Source of the DNA: an uncultured Phycisphaerales bacterium
Lineage (GTDB): Bacteria; Planctomycetota; Phycisphaerae; Tepidisphaerales; Tepidisphaeraceae
Assembly (NCBI GenBank): GCA_963755915.1
Contig: CAVWLP010000003.1
Span: 128,001-192,000, forward strand
Reading direction: 5' to 3'
Length of the DNA: 64,000 nucleotides
Shown here: piece after piece, positions 21,207 through 31,129 of the stretch
How the letters are laid out: the number at the start of each line of letters is the position of its first letter
How positions within the stretch are numbered: position 1 is the first letter of the stretch
Notes under the pieces: generated by a model
The model's input: only the letters and a program-made list of their open reading frames with translations
What the model was told of the DNA's origin: nothing
The model's database searches: none
Made by a program: the position numbers and the translations under genes

Positions 21207-22016
21207 GTCAACGCCCCAGATTCAACAGATTCCATGCAATGCGATCACCTGGCCACAGCAGGAGCGGAAGCATTTTCGGAAGAGGGAATCGCCGAGTTGG
21301 CCGAAACGATGCGAATCCACGGGATTTTAGAGGCGATCGGCGTGGTGCGGGATAAGGATGGATATTCCGGCCTGTGGGGTCAGCGCCGATGGCTGGCGGC
21401 CAAGCGGCTGGGGTTGGAGTACGTACCGGCCGTGGTGCTCGACAACATTGAATCGGACGCGGAGGCGGTGGAAATCAGACTCATCGAGAACACCTCTCGG
21501 GAAAACCTCCGCCCCGGCGAGTTGGCGGACGGCCTGGCACGCCTGATGGATATGCAAAAACTCACCGGTGCCGACGTAGCCAAGCGTGTGGGGATGAATC
21601 CCGCATCAGTAACAAAGACCCTTACACTTCGGCAACTGCCGGACTGGATTCGCGAGAAAATCGATGCCGGCGCGATTAGCGCCGGGGCGGGATATGAACT
21701 GGCTCGCATCAAAGACCCGGAAATTCAGGCGGAATTGGCACGGCAAGTGGCCAACGGCGCGTTATCTCGTGATGGTCTGGTTGCGATGGTCAAAGCCCGA
21801 AAACGCGGAGGGAAGAAAGCCGGAACATCAGGAACAAGAGTCACCGCGATGCTCGATTCGAACCGGAGTATTTCATTAAGCGGCAATGGCATGGATTCGG
21901 TCGAAGTGCTGATTCAGTGGCTGGAAGATCTTCTGACCAAGGCCCGCAAAGTGCGGCCTCAGAACTTAGCCCTGGGCACGTTCATCAACATGCTCCGGGA
22001 CCAGTCCAAAACGTAA
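21207..22016 (+). CDS. ParB/RepB/Spo0J-family protein (start abuts the IS21 end; frameshift ~21273)
   Basis: F.EEGIAELAETMR.HGIL..I.V, GQRRW.AAK, RLIENTSRENL, HTH (GADVAKRVGMNPASV). Confidence 0.8.
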   Translation, partial: VNAPDSTDSMQCDHLATAGAEAFSEEGIAELAETMRIHGILEAIGVVRDKDGYSGLWGQRRWLAAKRLGLEYVPAVVLDNIESDAEAVEIRLIENTSRENLRPGELADGLARLMDMQKLTGADVAKRVGMNPASVTKTLTLRQLPDWIREKIDAGAISAGAGYELARIKDPEIQAELARQVANGALSRDGLVAMVKARKRGGKKAGTSGTRVTAMLDSNRSISLSGNGMDSVEVLIQWLEDLLTKARKVRPQNLALGTFINMLRDQSKT

Positions 22017-22055
22017 ATTGAAAGCGCAGATACCAGCCTTTTGGATGGAGGCAGC

Positions 22056-23310
22056 GTGTGGAGCTTTCTGACGCCATGGAGAAAGCGGCAGCAATCGACA
22101 GAGCCGTGGTCGCTGGACCAAAGGCTTTGGAGCTGGTCGCGGCGTGACCATCACTGCATCGCCGATTCGTTCATGCACATTTGCTGCATGGGAGCCACCG
22201 GGAGCGGCAAGTCGAGCGGTCCATCGGAAATGATCGCGATGGCGCATCTGCGGGCTGGCTTCGGTGGAATCTTCACTTCCTGCAAACCCGACGATTTGGC
22301 AATGCAGTTGGAATGGTGCAAAAGGGCGAACCGACTCAATGATGTCGTCGTCTTCGGCCCTGGACACGACAAATGCTTCAACTTCCTTGATTACGAAATG
22401 ACCCGTCCAGGTGTTGGGGCCGGGTTAGTTGACGACATCGTTAAGAACCTCCTCAATATAGCGGAAATCCGTAGCCGCGAAGCGGCCAAAAATGGTGGCG
22501 GCGGCGGTGACAATTCTGAATATTTTGCCAACGCCAAGAAGCAACTCCTATCGACAATCATCGACGTGCTTGGCATGGCCCGGCAGCGCGTCAGCGTGCC
22601 GAACATCTACATGACGCTCAGTTCCGCGCCCGACACGATAAACGAGTGGAATGACCGCCAATGGAGAGAGAAATCGTTCCTCTGGGCGTGTTTGACGGAA
22701 GCGGAACGTTTGGAACGGGACCCTCGGCGGCTCACGGATTTGGACAACGCCGTGAAGTTTTGGAAGGCCTTTGCAAAGCTCAATGAAAGGACGCGCAGCA
22801 ACATTACCAGTACGGTTACGGGAGCGCTTGATTTGCTAAACCGTTCAGTGCTACGACAGCTTTTTTCTGAAGGCACGAACGTCACGCCGGCGGATATCGC
22901 GGCGCGGAAAATCCTCCTGTTCGACATGTCTGTGAAGCAATGGGGCGAAACCGGGGCGATGGGTCAGGTCGTATTTAAGTATGCCTTTCAGAAGGACATC
23001 GAACGACGCGACGTGCACGTAAATCCGCGCCCGGTATTCCTGCATATCGATGAGTTTCAGCTCCTCGCGACCTCGCATGACAGCGAGTTCGCGACAACGT
23101 GCCGTTCGTCGCGCGTTGCCATGATCATTTTGACGCAATCGCTTCCAACGGTCTGGTCGGCCCTGGGCGGCAACGACAAGGCCAAGGCCGACACTTCAAG
23201 TCTGCTGGGCAACATGAACCTGAAGATTTTCTGCGCGAATTCCGAAACCGAAACGAATCGATGGGCCGCTGAGACCATCGGCAAGAAACGGCAGCACCTG
23301 ATACAGGCCT
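22056..23310 (+). CDS. Type IV coupling-protein-like ATPase (VirD4/TraD/TraG family), probably C-terminally truncated
   Basis: GATGSGKS Walker A, FLHIDEFQ Walker B, R...VAMIILTQS, LLGNMNLKIF; similarity ends at ~23305. Confidence 0.75.
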
Positions 23311-23314
23311 ACCT

Positions 23315-23593
23315 ATGGCGAAGAACAGCAGAACATCACGTAAATGGGGCCAGGGCGCCTTGGGGGCCTATGGCCGGAAGGGCTTGCTGGAAATACAGGC
23401 GGCGGGACCTTTCGGAAATTCCCCAATTGCTGCTCCGACCGACCCTGGAATGCCTGGAATGGCGACGCAGGGGGAGATAGCTCAAGCGCGGCAGGAGGAA
23501 TCGCCGGGGCTGGAAGAAAAGTTTCCCGCGCGCACCGGCATTGGCTTGGACGATCGCGGGCGGGATGACCGTGAAATCGACCCCGATCTTTGA
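23315..23593 (+). CDS. Small hypothetical protein of the mobile element
   Basis: 92-aa ORF with acidic C-terminal tail (DDRGRDDREIDPDL). Confidence 0.45.
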   Translation: MAKNSRTSRKWGQGALGAYGRKGLLEIQAAGPFGNSPIAAPTDPGMPGMATQGEIAQARQEESPGLEEKFPARTGIGLDDRGRDDREIDPDL

Positions 23594-23828
23594 ACTGAAA
23601 GCCATTTGTACAAAGAAGGAGATAGCAATGACGACGCTGCTACTGATTCTTCTCGCGTTTCTGATTTTGATGAAGGGGCTATCGAACAAAATGAGCGAAG
23701 AGCCTGAAAAGGTCAAAGATCATCACAACCATAACGACCCGCCTGGAGCGCAGTGAGTCGAATGCCGCGGGAAAGGCGTTGCCAAGGTCCGCCCGCGGCT
23801 CTGCTCGGAGTTGAACTGGAGACAAGCC

Positions 23829-24050
23829 ATGACCGTCGCGCAGGCCGCCCAGCGAATTGGAATCAGCGCCTCAAAGGTCTATCAATTGGTCGCGTCACGG
23901 CAGATAGGACATTACCGGATAGGCGGTAAGATTGTCTTTTCCGAAGCGGATATCGCGACCTATCTGGAGAACTGCCGCGTCGGCCCGGTCAGCCCCGCAT
24001 CCCCCTCGCCCCGGATGCGCGTGAAACTCAAACATCTCGCCTTCGGATAA
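23829..24050 (+). CDS. Excisionase-family helix-turn-helix protein (HTH_17)
   Basis: MTVAQAAQRIGISASKVYQLV......HYRIGGKIVFSEADI; convergent with the integrase. Confidence 0.85.
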   Translation: MTVAQAAQRIGISASKVYQLVASRQIGHYRIGGKIVFSEADIATYLENCRVGPVSPASPSPRMRVKLKHLAFG

Positions 24051-24157
24051 CCGCCGGCGGACGACGGCAGTCAAGCTACTACTAAATTTCGCAGGCAGCC
24101 GGGAGGTTGCAGAATGCCCCGGCGGGTTGCAGCCCGCCGGGGCATCGTCATCACCGC

Positions 24158-25168
24158 CTACGCCGTTACCCTCCGCAGTTGCTCTTGCAGGAACTCTGGA
24201 TTCTGGGTCAGGTGTTGATAATGGCGGGCCAACATGCTGGTGTCTCTATGCCCCAGCAGCGTTGCCACTGTGATGCTGTCAACGCCGCGCATCAGAGCGT
24301 GCGTCGCGAAAGAATGCCTCAAGGCATATAGGCTATATCTCACGCCCATCCGCTTTTTGAGGCGATCAAAGCGGTTGTTGGTGGCATCGGTGGTCCAGGG
24401 CACGCCATTGACGTTACGGAAAATCGGACCCCGGGGGTTTTTCTCCATCAGCCGCCGCGTAATTTCCAGCGCCTTGGGTGTCAGGTAAACGACGCGCGGA
24501 AGCTGATTGCCCTTTGACTCCGATGCCGGAAAGAACCAGCGGCTCTTAGCCACATCGACGTGACGGGCCTCAACGCGTAGCGACTCCTGTGGGCGACAGC
24601 CGGTCTCCCAAGTAACCGTGAGCAAGTCCTTGAACTGCTGGTCGCGTGTGCGTCCGAGAATTGATTGGTATTCCGCGGGACTAACCACTTGCTCCCTGCG
24701 GCCACCGCCCGGCTTCTTGAAATGGGCCAGGGGTGAGCGGGAGACGTACCCCTGCTCTTCCGCCCAGTTCATCGCACGGATGATGGTGCGGCAGTAATTT
24801 CGCTTGGAGCCGTTCGACAATTCGGGGTAGCCATCGATCCACTTCTGCACGTGGAACGGTTTGAGCTGCCCCAGACGCAGATCGGGTGGAATCGCGTCGA
24901 GAAACAACTGCAAGCGGTCCTTATACCAGCGGTACGTGTGCGGGTTACGGTGCTGGTGGACGAAGTCCAGGAACGAATCGATCACGACAACAACAAGCCG
25001 CGTCGCCTCGGCGGCAGTAACCGACGGCGCCGATGGCTTGCTGGTCAACTCGTGCCATGCGGCAAAGGCCGCACTTTTCTCAGGGCCCAGATTGATCTGT
25101 CTGCCCTCATGCCAAACATACCACAGCCCGCGTGAGGGGCGATAGAAGGGCTTCCGGAAACGCGCCAT
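24158..25168 (-). CDS. Tyrosine recombinase/integrase of the tRNA-Arg island
   Basis: TGCRPQE (Arg), K, YALRHSFAT (H/Y-x-x-R), LLGH, RHY catalytic Tyr; adjacent to the tRNA. Confidence 0.93.
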   Translation of the reverse strand: MARFRKPFYRPSRGLWYVWHEGRQINLGPEKSAAFAAWHELTSKPSAPSVTAAEATRLVVVVIDSFLDFVHQHRNPHTYRWYKDRLQLFLDAIPPDLRLGQLKPFHVQKWIDGYPELSNGSKRNYCRTIIRAMNWAEEQGYVSRSPLAHFKKPGGGRREQVVSPAEYQSILGRTRDQQFKDLLTVTWETGCRPQESLRVEARHVDVAKSRWFFPASESKGNQLPRVVYLTPKALEITRRLMEKNPRGPIFRNVNGVPWTTDATNNRFDRLKKRMGVRYSLYALRHSFATHALMRGVDSITVATLLGHRDTSMLARHYQHLTQNPEFLQEQLRRVTA

Positions 25169-25314
25169 AGCAAACCTCCAGGTAGCGCAGGCGGCCGGAA
25201 GTTGCTGTGGACTTATGGCGAGTTGCAGCTCACCGGAAGTAATTTGGTGACAGAATCGGTGACATTTCAGGTTCGGCGAAAAATATCGCTGCTCTAACCT
25301 GTTGTCTTAAAAAG

Positions 25315-25388
25315 CGTTCCCGGCGGGGCTCGAACCTGCAACCTTCGGCTCCGGAGGCCGACGCTCTGTCCAATTGAGCTACGGGAAC
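25315..25388 (-). tRNA. tRNA-Arg(CCG)
   Basis: Cloverleaf with GTTCCCG/CGGGAAC acceptor, GCTC/GAGC D-stem, TCGGC-CTCCGGA-GCCGA anticodon arm and TTCGAGC T-loop; CCA not encoded. Confidence 0.95.
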
Positions 25389-25615
25389 TCAAAGCCCAAA
25401 GCCTATCCAGCGTCCCCTTATTCATCAAGACAACGCCGCCAAGCGCCTGCAAGTAGAAGCGGCGTCCCACCGCTTGAATTTCCCCGAGCGGCGTGACGCC
25501 GGTTCTACACAATCCACAAAAATCCAGATATGCATACCAGATATGACATTTGGCCCAAAACCCCTACCCCATCTCCCCCAAACCCCCCAGCTTGTTGCGG
25601 AGTGTTACCTTTTGT

Positions 25616-27105
25616 TAATCCCGTTCGGCACGCAGGCTTCATCGGAGCATTCCAAAGCTGTGGAGGACGCGAAACAATTGAAGCTTAGATACTTTTACTT
25701 TCCCCTGCTGCACGCCGGCGTCCGCAAGAGCGCAGCATCAACCGCGAGGTCTCCGCGGCGACGGATTCCCCTTCAGTTTACTCCCAGTTTTTTCAAGGCC
25801 TCCGCTCTTGCCCTCAGCTTAATCCCGGTGTTATCCGGCTTGTTCAGGAATCGAAGCACGTCCTGTTCCTCGGCCAGCCCCAGCAGATACCAGCCGATCA
25901 TGTTCCGCATCGCCTTGTTCGGCTTCCTGCCGCTGATCAGCTGAATCAGCACGCAGACGATCAGCGCGCAGTGGATTTGGATGTCGATCCCCTCCTGGCG
26001 TTGGCTCAGCAGGTGACGCATGCCCAGCAGTTGCTTGAAGATCCGGAAGAACAACTCAACGGTGTAGCGGTACAGATAAATCAGGGCGATCAATTCCGCC
26101 GGCAGGTCCAGCAGGTTCGTGTACAGGATGATCAGGTCCGTCGGCTTGTTGCCGCTGCGCGTGCGGCGCGGATGGGGTTTCACCTGCACTTCCACCCGTC
26201 GCACCACCCTATCCGCCGCCGTCTCCAGGCCGTCGAGTTTCACCAGCGCGTCTCGCACCACGCCGCCGTCCAATGCTTCCTGTGAAAGCAATCGTTCTTC
26301 AAACAGCTCAAACACCGAGTTTTCCGCGGCCCGCATCACAAAGGAGCTTTGCGCCGCGGCGATGTCCGCAAAGAGGCTCCGGTCGGCGTAGCCGCCGTCT
26401 CCTACATAGCACCGTCCTGCTTCCAGGCTGCGCCGCAGGACGTTGTTTTCACGGTTGGCCCCCGCGTTGCGAGCGCCAGTGCGGTCGAGGCGATGGACTT
26501 TGAACGTCTCCAGATCGAATTGAACGTGCAAACGCCAGCCATAGACCGCTTTCCCGTCCCGGGAGGTGTTGTAGTGCGCATCGATGCCGCAAGCGGATTT
26601 GGCCAGCCGACTCAGCGCCGTCAGCACCGTCCCGTCGACCAGCGTGATCGCCTGCCCAAAGTCCGCAAGACGCGGATCGGGCGCCTGGGGCAGTTCCCCC
26701 GCCAATTCCTCAATCAGCGGCGTCAAACGCCCCGGCTCGAACACCCGAACCGATTCAGAGAAACTGCCCACGGAAAAACGCTTAATTCCCAGCGCCTTGG
26801 CCACCTTGGGCATTTCAGCAACCTCCTGAAGATCCCGCAGGGATTGGATCAGCGGATTCCAGGTGTAAAGCAAAACCAGCTTGCAATAATCGTCGAAGTG
26901 AAGCTGGCGGTTCCCGGCTCGATCCCGCTCACAGCCCACATCCCGCAGCGTGGGCAGCAGCGCGAAGACGCGCCGCAGATGTCCGAGGCACAGGATCTCT
27001 TTTTCCTTCAGTCTTGCCTGCACGTCCGGCAGCATGCCATAAAAAGATCAAAGGCGCAATCTCAATATCTTGCTGCTTGCGCGAACCCCGTGCCGAACGG
27101 GATTA
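25616..27105 (-). mobile_element. IS4-family insertion sequence
   Basis: Perfect 17-bp TIRs TAATCCCGTTCGGCACG (25616-25632 / 27089-27105); 9-bp TSD ACCTTTTGT (25607-25615 / 27106-27114). Confidence 0.95.
25773..27035 (-). CDS. IS4-family DDE transposase
   Basis: LVDGT, YVGDGGY, Y.YRYTVELFFRIFKQLL (YREK-type motif). Confidence 0.92.
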   Translation of the reverse strand: MLPDVQARLKEKEILCLGHLRRVFALLPTLRDVGCERDRAGNRQLHFDDYCKLVLLYTWNPLIQSLRDLQEVAEMPKVAKALGIKRFSVGSFSESVRVFEPGRLTPLIEELAGELPQAPDPRLADFGQAITLVDGTVLTALSRLAKSACGIDAHYNTSRDGKAVYGWRLHVQFDLETFKVHRLDRTGARNAGANRENNVLRRSLEAGRCYVGDGGYADRSLFADIAAAQSSFVMRAAENSVFELFEERLLSQEALDGGVVRDALVKLDGLETAADRVVRRVEVQVKPHPRRTRSGNKPTDLIILYTNLLDLPAELIALIYLYRYTVELFFRIFKQLLGMRHLLSQRQEGIDIQIHCALIVCVLIQLISGRKPNKAMRNMIGWYLLGLAEEQDVLRFLNKPDNTGIKLRARAEALKKLGVN

Positions 27106-27229
27106 ACCTTTTGTACCGCATACCTCCCGACCCAAAAAATCATCGCCCCACCCCAACTCGCGCTATTCGGGAGAATTCATGATCATTATTCTCCGCGCTC
27201 TCTGCATACTCCGCGGTAAGTAATCCGGT

Positions 27230-28713
27230 TCAGTTATCCCGCGCCTGTGCCACCGCCAGCGCATGTTCATCGATCGCGCGAACGATCCGTTCCTGCAAAA
27301 TCTTCGCGCTACTATTGGACTTGTCAGGAATCCCGTTGAACATAATGCTGAAGCAGTACGTATTCGCATCCTTCGCGTGCAGATACCCACTCAGGCAGCT
27401 CACCCCATTGACGAACCCCGTCTTGGCAATCACCCGCCCGCGCAGATCCGACCCACGAAACCGCTCCGCGAGAGTGCCGTCTTCCCCGGCCACCGAGAGA
27501 GATTGCATCCACACCGCACTGTTGGCGCTGAAATAATCGTGCGTCAGCACGCTCACCATCACGTGCGGGCTGATCGCGTTGTTGTGTGAGAGGCCGCAGC
27601 CATCAGTCAGCGAGAATTGCGACGATGGAATCTCCAGCGACTTAAGGAACCCCCCTACCGCAGCAGTGCCCGCCGCCCAGGTCCCCTGCCCGAACTTGGC
27701 GAAGCCGAGCCGCTTGCAGAGACACTCGGCGTAAAGGTTCATGCTGTCCTTATTCGCCCGATCGATCACGCTCGTCAGCGGCGTCTCATGCAGCGCCAGC
27801 AGCGTCCACGACGAATCCCCCGCCCGCGCCCGGCAATGCAAGCCGCCCGCATCGTCCGATCTCGCCGCACCTGCCCGCTCAGCGCGATGCCCGCCGATCG
27901 CAGACATTCCGCCAAAACCGCCCCCGCATACATCGGCGGATCATGAACCGTCACCGAAACCGGAACATCATTCGCAAACCGCGCCGTCCCCCGAAGAATC
28001 AGGTTATTCGTCTCCGGCTCCCGCGAAAGCCACACCGAATTGTCCGCCCCGGTCACACAGCTATTCTTGATCGAAACGTACGACGTCACCGGATCAGTCG
28101 TATATTCGATGAGGCGTCCATAACTGGTCGGCCGCGCGTAGATGTCCAGGCAATTCGCATTGAGATTCAGCCCGGCGATTTCGGCCATGTAGCGCTTCTC
28201 GGTCTGATCGGCCGGCCAGTCGGGATGGACGAATTGATCGTCAAAGACGCTGTCATCCACAATCAGGTCTCGCGCCGACCGAAACTGCTTTTGAACCAAT
28301 CCCGCCGCCCATGATTTGAAAACGGTATCGACATCCCACCCATATTTTTTCAGCATCTCCGCATCGCCCAGGGTCGGATCGCCGTCGCCGATGAGTACCA
28401 GGTCGCCATTGTGACCGAGCAGCAGCGTGCGAAACTTGAAACCCGCCCCAAGCTCCTCGAGCGCAGCGGACGTAGTGATCACTTTGAGATTACTCGCGGG
28501 AACCAGCGGCGTAGAAGCATTATGGCGATAAACCGGCGTCACATCGCCGTTGGAATTTCCCAGCCGAACAATGTCGATGCCAACGGTCGCCCGATCGAGC
28601 AGCTTATCGGCGGTAATCTGATCGACCTCGCCGGCAAGATCCGCGCGGGTGTAAGCGGGTATCAACAGGAGTGTGGAAAGGATTGCCAGAGCGGCGAAGA
28701 TCGACGATTTCAT
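27230..28713 (-). CDS. dacB: D-alanyl-D-alanine carboxypeptidase/endopeptidase PBP4 (frameshift ~27810-27830)
   Basis: PASNLK (SxxK), GDGDPTL, S.N (SMN), DGCGLS and KTG motifs. Confidence 0.9.
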
Positions 28714-28939
28714 CCGTGAAACCTCCGGGGACAACGTAAACTCCTTTTGGCAACTACCTTATCGGGAAAGTGATGCGAGACAAGTGAATCGCCGAAGGAA
28801 ATCCTGAATTTGAGATTTTGATAATCTTGCGTCGCCCCCATCCGCTTCTCTCCACAGCGGCTCGGAGCCGCCGGGCCGTTGACATAACCTCAAGCCGCTA
28901 CGTATCGTTATGTCAAACTGTCTCCAGGAGCGTTGGGCT

Positions 28940-29332
28940 ATGGCGGTGCAGATGGAACTTCACAAAATCATCATCAGCGATGTGGGGGATTCGCAGGTGA
29001 TCGTGCTGAAGGAAGTCGACGGCGAGCGCAGCTTTCCGATCCTCATCGGCAGCAAAGAAGCGGAAGCCATCGACCGGCGTCTCAAGGGCCTTTCAACGCC
29101 CCGCCCGATGACCCATGAGCTTCTGGCCAGCGTCATCGAACAGCTTGGCGGAACGATCGAGCGGATCGAAATCAACGACCTGGCCGATCACACGTTCTTC
29201 GCCCTGATTCACATCCGCCAAAATGGCGAGGTCTTCCAGATCGACAGCCGGCCGAGCGACGCGATTGCCCTGGGCATCGCGACGACGGTACCGATTTACG
29301 TCGCGGAACATGTGCTGAATGCGGTGGCGTAA
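28940..29332 (+). CDS. Bifunctional nuclease family protein (DUF151)
   Basis: VLKE.DGER.FPI.IG..EA.AI, PRPMTHEL, IDSRPSDAIAL; TTGACA-18-TATCGT promoter at 28879-28908. Confidence 0.9.
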   Translation: MAVQMELHKIIISDVGDSQVIVLKEVDGERSFPILIGSKEAEAIDRRLKGLSTPRPMTHELLASVIEQLGGTIERIEINDLADHTFFALIHIRQNGEVFQIDSRPSDAIALGIATTVPIYVAEHVLNAVA

Positions 29333-29354
29333 ACGCATCCACGCTTGTCCCATA

Positions 29355-29370
29355 TTAGCAATTTTGCTAA
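29355..29370. promoter_or_regulatory. Palindromic operator upstream of the TA operon
   Basis: TTAGCAA-TT-TTGCTAA ending 9 nt before the toxin ATG. Confidence 0.55.
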
Positions 29371-29379
29371 CCTGTCATT

Positions 29380-29754
29380 ATGCCTCAAACGCCGGTGGTT
29401 TTCTTCAGGGAAACCGACGGCAATGTGCCGTTGCTTGAATGGTTGCATAAAATCCCGAAGAAAGCCTCCGCGAAATGCATCGTTGCCATCGAACGACTCA
29501 GCCAGATGGGATATGAACTGAGACGTCCAGAGGCCGATACCCTGAGAGACGGCATATACGAATTACGGGTCGGCTTGCAAGGAATTCACTATCGCATGCT
29601 GTATTTCTTTGATGGGGCTTCGGTGATCGTGCTATCTCATGGACTAACCAAAGAACGTATCGTTCCCGTGCGTGGGATCGAATTGGCGATTCGGTGCAGA
29701 AACGAATATTTAAAGGACCGGCAAAAGCACACATTTCGACGGGACTTAAAATGA
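29380..29754 (+). CDS. Type II toxin, RelE/ParE (Gp49/HigB-like)
   Basis: G.ELRRPEAD.LRDGIYELRV......YRMLYFF.....VLSHGLTK; toxin-first order. Confidence 0.85.
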   Translation: MPQTPVVFFRETDGNVPLLEWLHKIPKKASAKCIVAIERLSQMGYELRRPEADTLRDGIYELRVGLQGIHYRMLYFFDGASVIVLSHGLTKERIVPVRGIELAIRCRNEYLKDRQKHTFRRDLK

Positions 29755-30071
29755 CGAAGAAAAAGACTTCAACCACGGACGCTATTGCCATCCTTCACCG
29801 AGAGTTCCTGGCGAGTGACAGCGCCATGCGCGCGTTGGTTCAGGAGGCTCGGATGGAGTCCGATATAGCGCGGCAAATTCGGCAGCTTAGAGAAAAAGCA
29901 GGATTAACCCAGCGACAACTTGCGGCGCTTGTGAAGACCACCCCGTCTGTAATCAGCCGATTGGAATCCGCGGATTATCAAGGACACTCCCTGGCAATGC
30001 TGCATCGAATTGCGCTGGCGTTAGGGCGGCAATTGAAGATCGAGTTTATCGCCTCGAGGCGGTCCGCGTGA
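29751..30071 (+). CDS. XRE-family HTH antitoxin (HigA-like)
   Basis: IRQLREKAGLTQRQLA..V.TT.SVISRLES; ATGA overlap with the toxin. Confidence 0.87.
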   Translation: MTKKKTSTTDAIAILHREFLASDSAMRALVQEARMESDIARQIRQLREKAGLTQRQLAALVKTTPSVISRLESADYQGHSLAMLHRIALALGRQLKIEFIASRRSA

Positions 30072-30092
30072 TTTGTCGACGAGCCTTCAGGC

Positions 30093-31014
30093 TTATGCAT
30101 TCCCCAGCAACACCGCCAGCAACCCCTTTTTGAAATGGAGCCGATTGGCGGCCTGCTGGAAGACGACCGACTGTTTCCCCTCCATCACGCCGTCGGTGAT
30201 TTCCATTCCCCGGTAGGCCGGCAGACAGTGCATGACGATCGCATGATCCGGCGCGGCGGCGAGAAGTTTTTCGTCGATCACGAATCCGGAAAACACCTGT
30301 TGGCGGCGCTCTTTTTCCGATTCCTGACCCATGCTCACCCAGGTGTCGGTGTAGATGACGTCCGCTTCTTTAACCGCCTCCGCAGGGCTGTGGGTGGTCT
30401 GGAAATCCATCTCGGGAACCTGCGACATGATTCGGTCCATGTCGGCGGTGGGCAGTTCGTAGCCGGCGGGCGAGGCGAGGATGAAGCGAACGCCCAGCTT
30501 GCCGCAGACGACGGAGAGGGAGCGGGCGACGTTGTTGCCGTCGCCGATGAAGGCCATGGTGCGGCCTTTGAGGTCGCCGAACTTTTCGCGCATGGTCATG
30601 ATGTCGCTCATCGCCTGGCAGGGATGGCTGTAATCGGTCAGGCCGTTGATGACCGGAACGGTGGCGTATTTCGCCAGGTCGAGCATGTTCTGATGGAGGA
30701 AGACTCGGGCGGCAATTCCGTCGCACATGCCGGAGAGAACGCGGGCCACATCTTTGACCGGCTCGCGCTTACCGAGGCCGACTTCATCATCGCGAAGCAT
30801 GACCCCCTGCGCCGCCGAGGTGGGCCATCGCCACGTCGAAAGCGACGTGGGTTCGCAGGCTGGGCTTCTCGAAGATCATCGCCAGGGTTTTGCCCTGGAG
30901 GATGGGATCGTTTTTTCCCGTTTGTTCGTGCTCGAGCTTCAGGTGCGCGGAGACGTCGAGCAAATGCTCAGTTTCAGCAACGCTGCATGACGCGATGGAA
31001 ATGAAATTTTTCAT
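30093..31014 (-). CDS. argF: Ornithine carbamoyltransferase (frameshift ~30805)
   Basis: FEKPSLRT, HPCQ, GDGNNV, YTDTWVSMG, MHCLP. Confidence 0.93.
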
Positions 31015-31045
31015 GGCGAGTTGCGGGTTTTGTCCAACTTGGTCA

Positions 31046-31123
31046 GTTGCGAGTCGCGAGATGCGCGTTGCGAGTGAAGACGATGTCTTTAACTCGCAAC
31101 TGGCGACTCGTCACTCGCAACTC
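31046..31123. repeat. Intergenic imperfect palindrome of GCGAGTT/AACTCGC heptamer units
   Basis: AGTTGCGAGT...GTTGCGAGT / ACTCGCAACT...ACTCGCAACT between argB and argF. Confidence 0.6.
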
Positions 31124-31129
31124 ATCTCA

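Larger units (their letters stand above)
14725..25358. mobile_element. Degenerate integrative (mobilizable-type) element inserted in tRNA-Arg(CCG)
   Basis: 44-bp direct repeats at both ends; integrase, excisionase, T4CP-like ATPase and ParB; matching GGTGACA tandem repeats at 14911-14928 and 25246-25264. Confidence 0.85.

Noticed and set aside
27230-28713. Peptidoglycan enzyme in a planctomycete as a novelty
   Set aside because: Peptidoglycan and its enzymes are already established in Planctomycetota.
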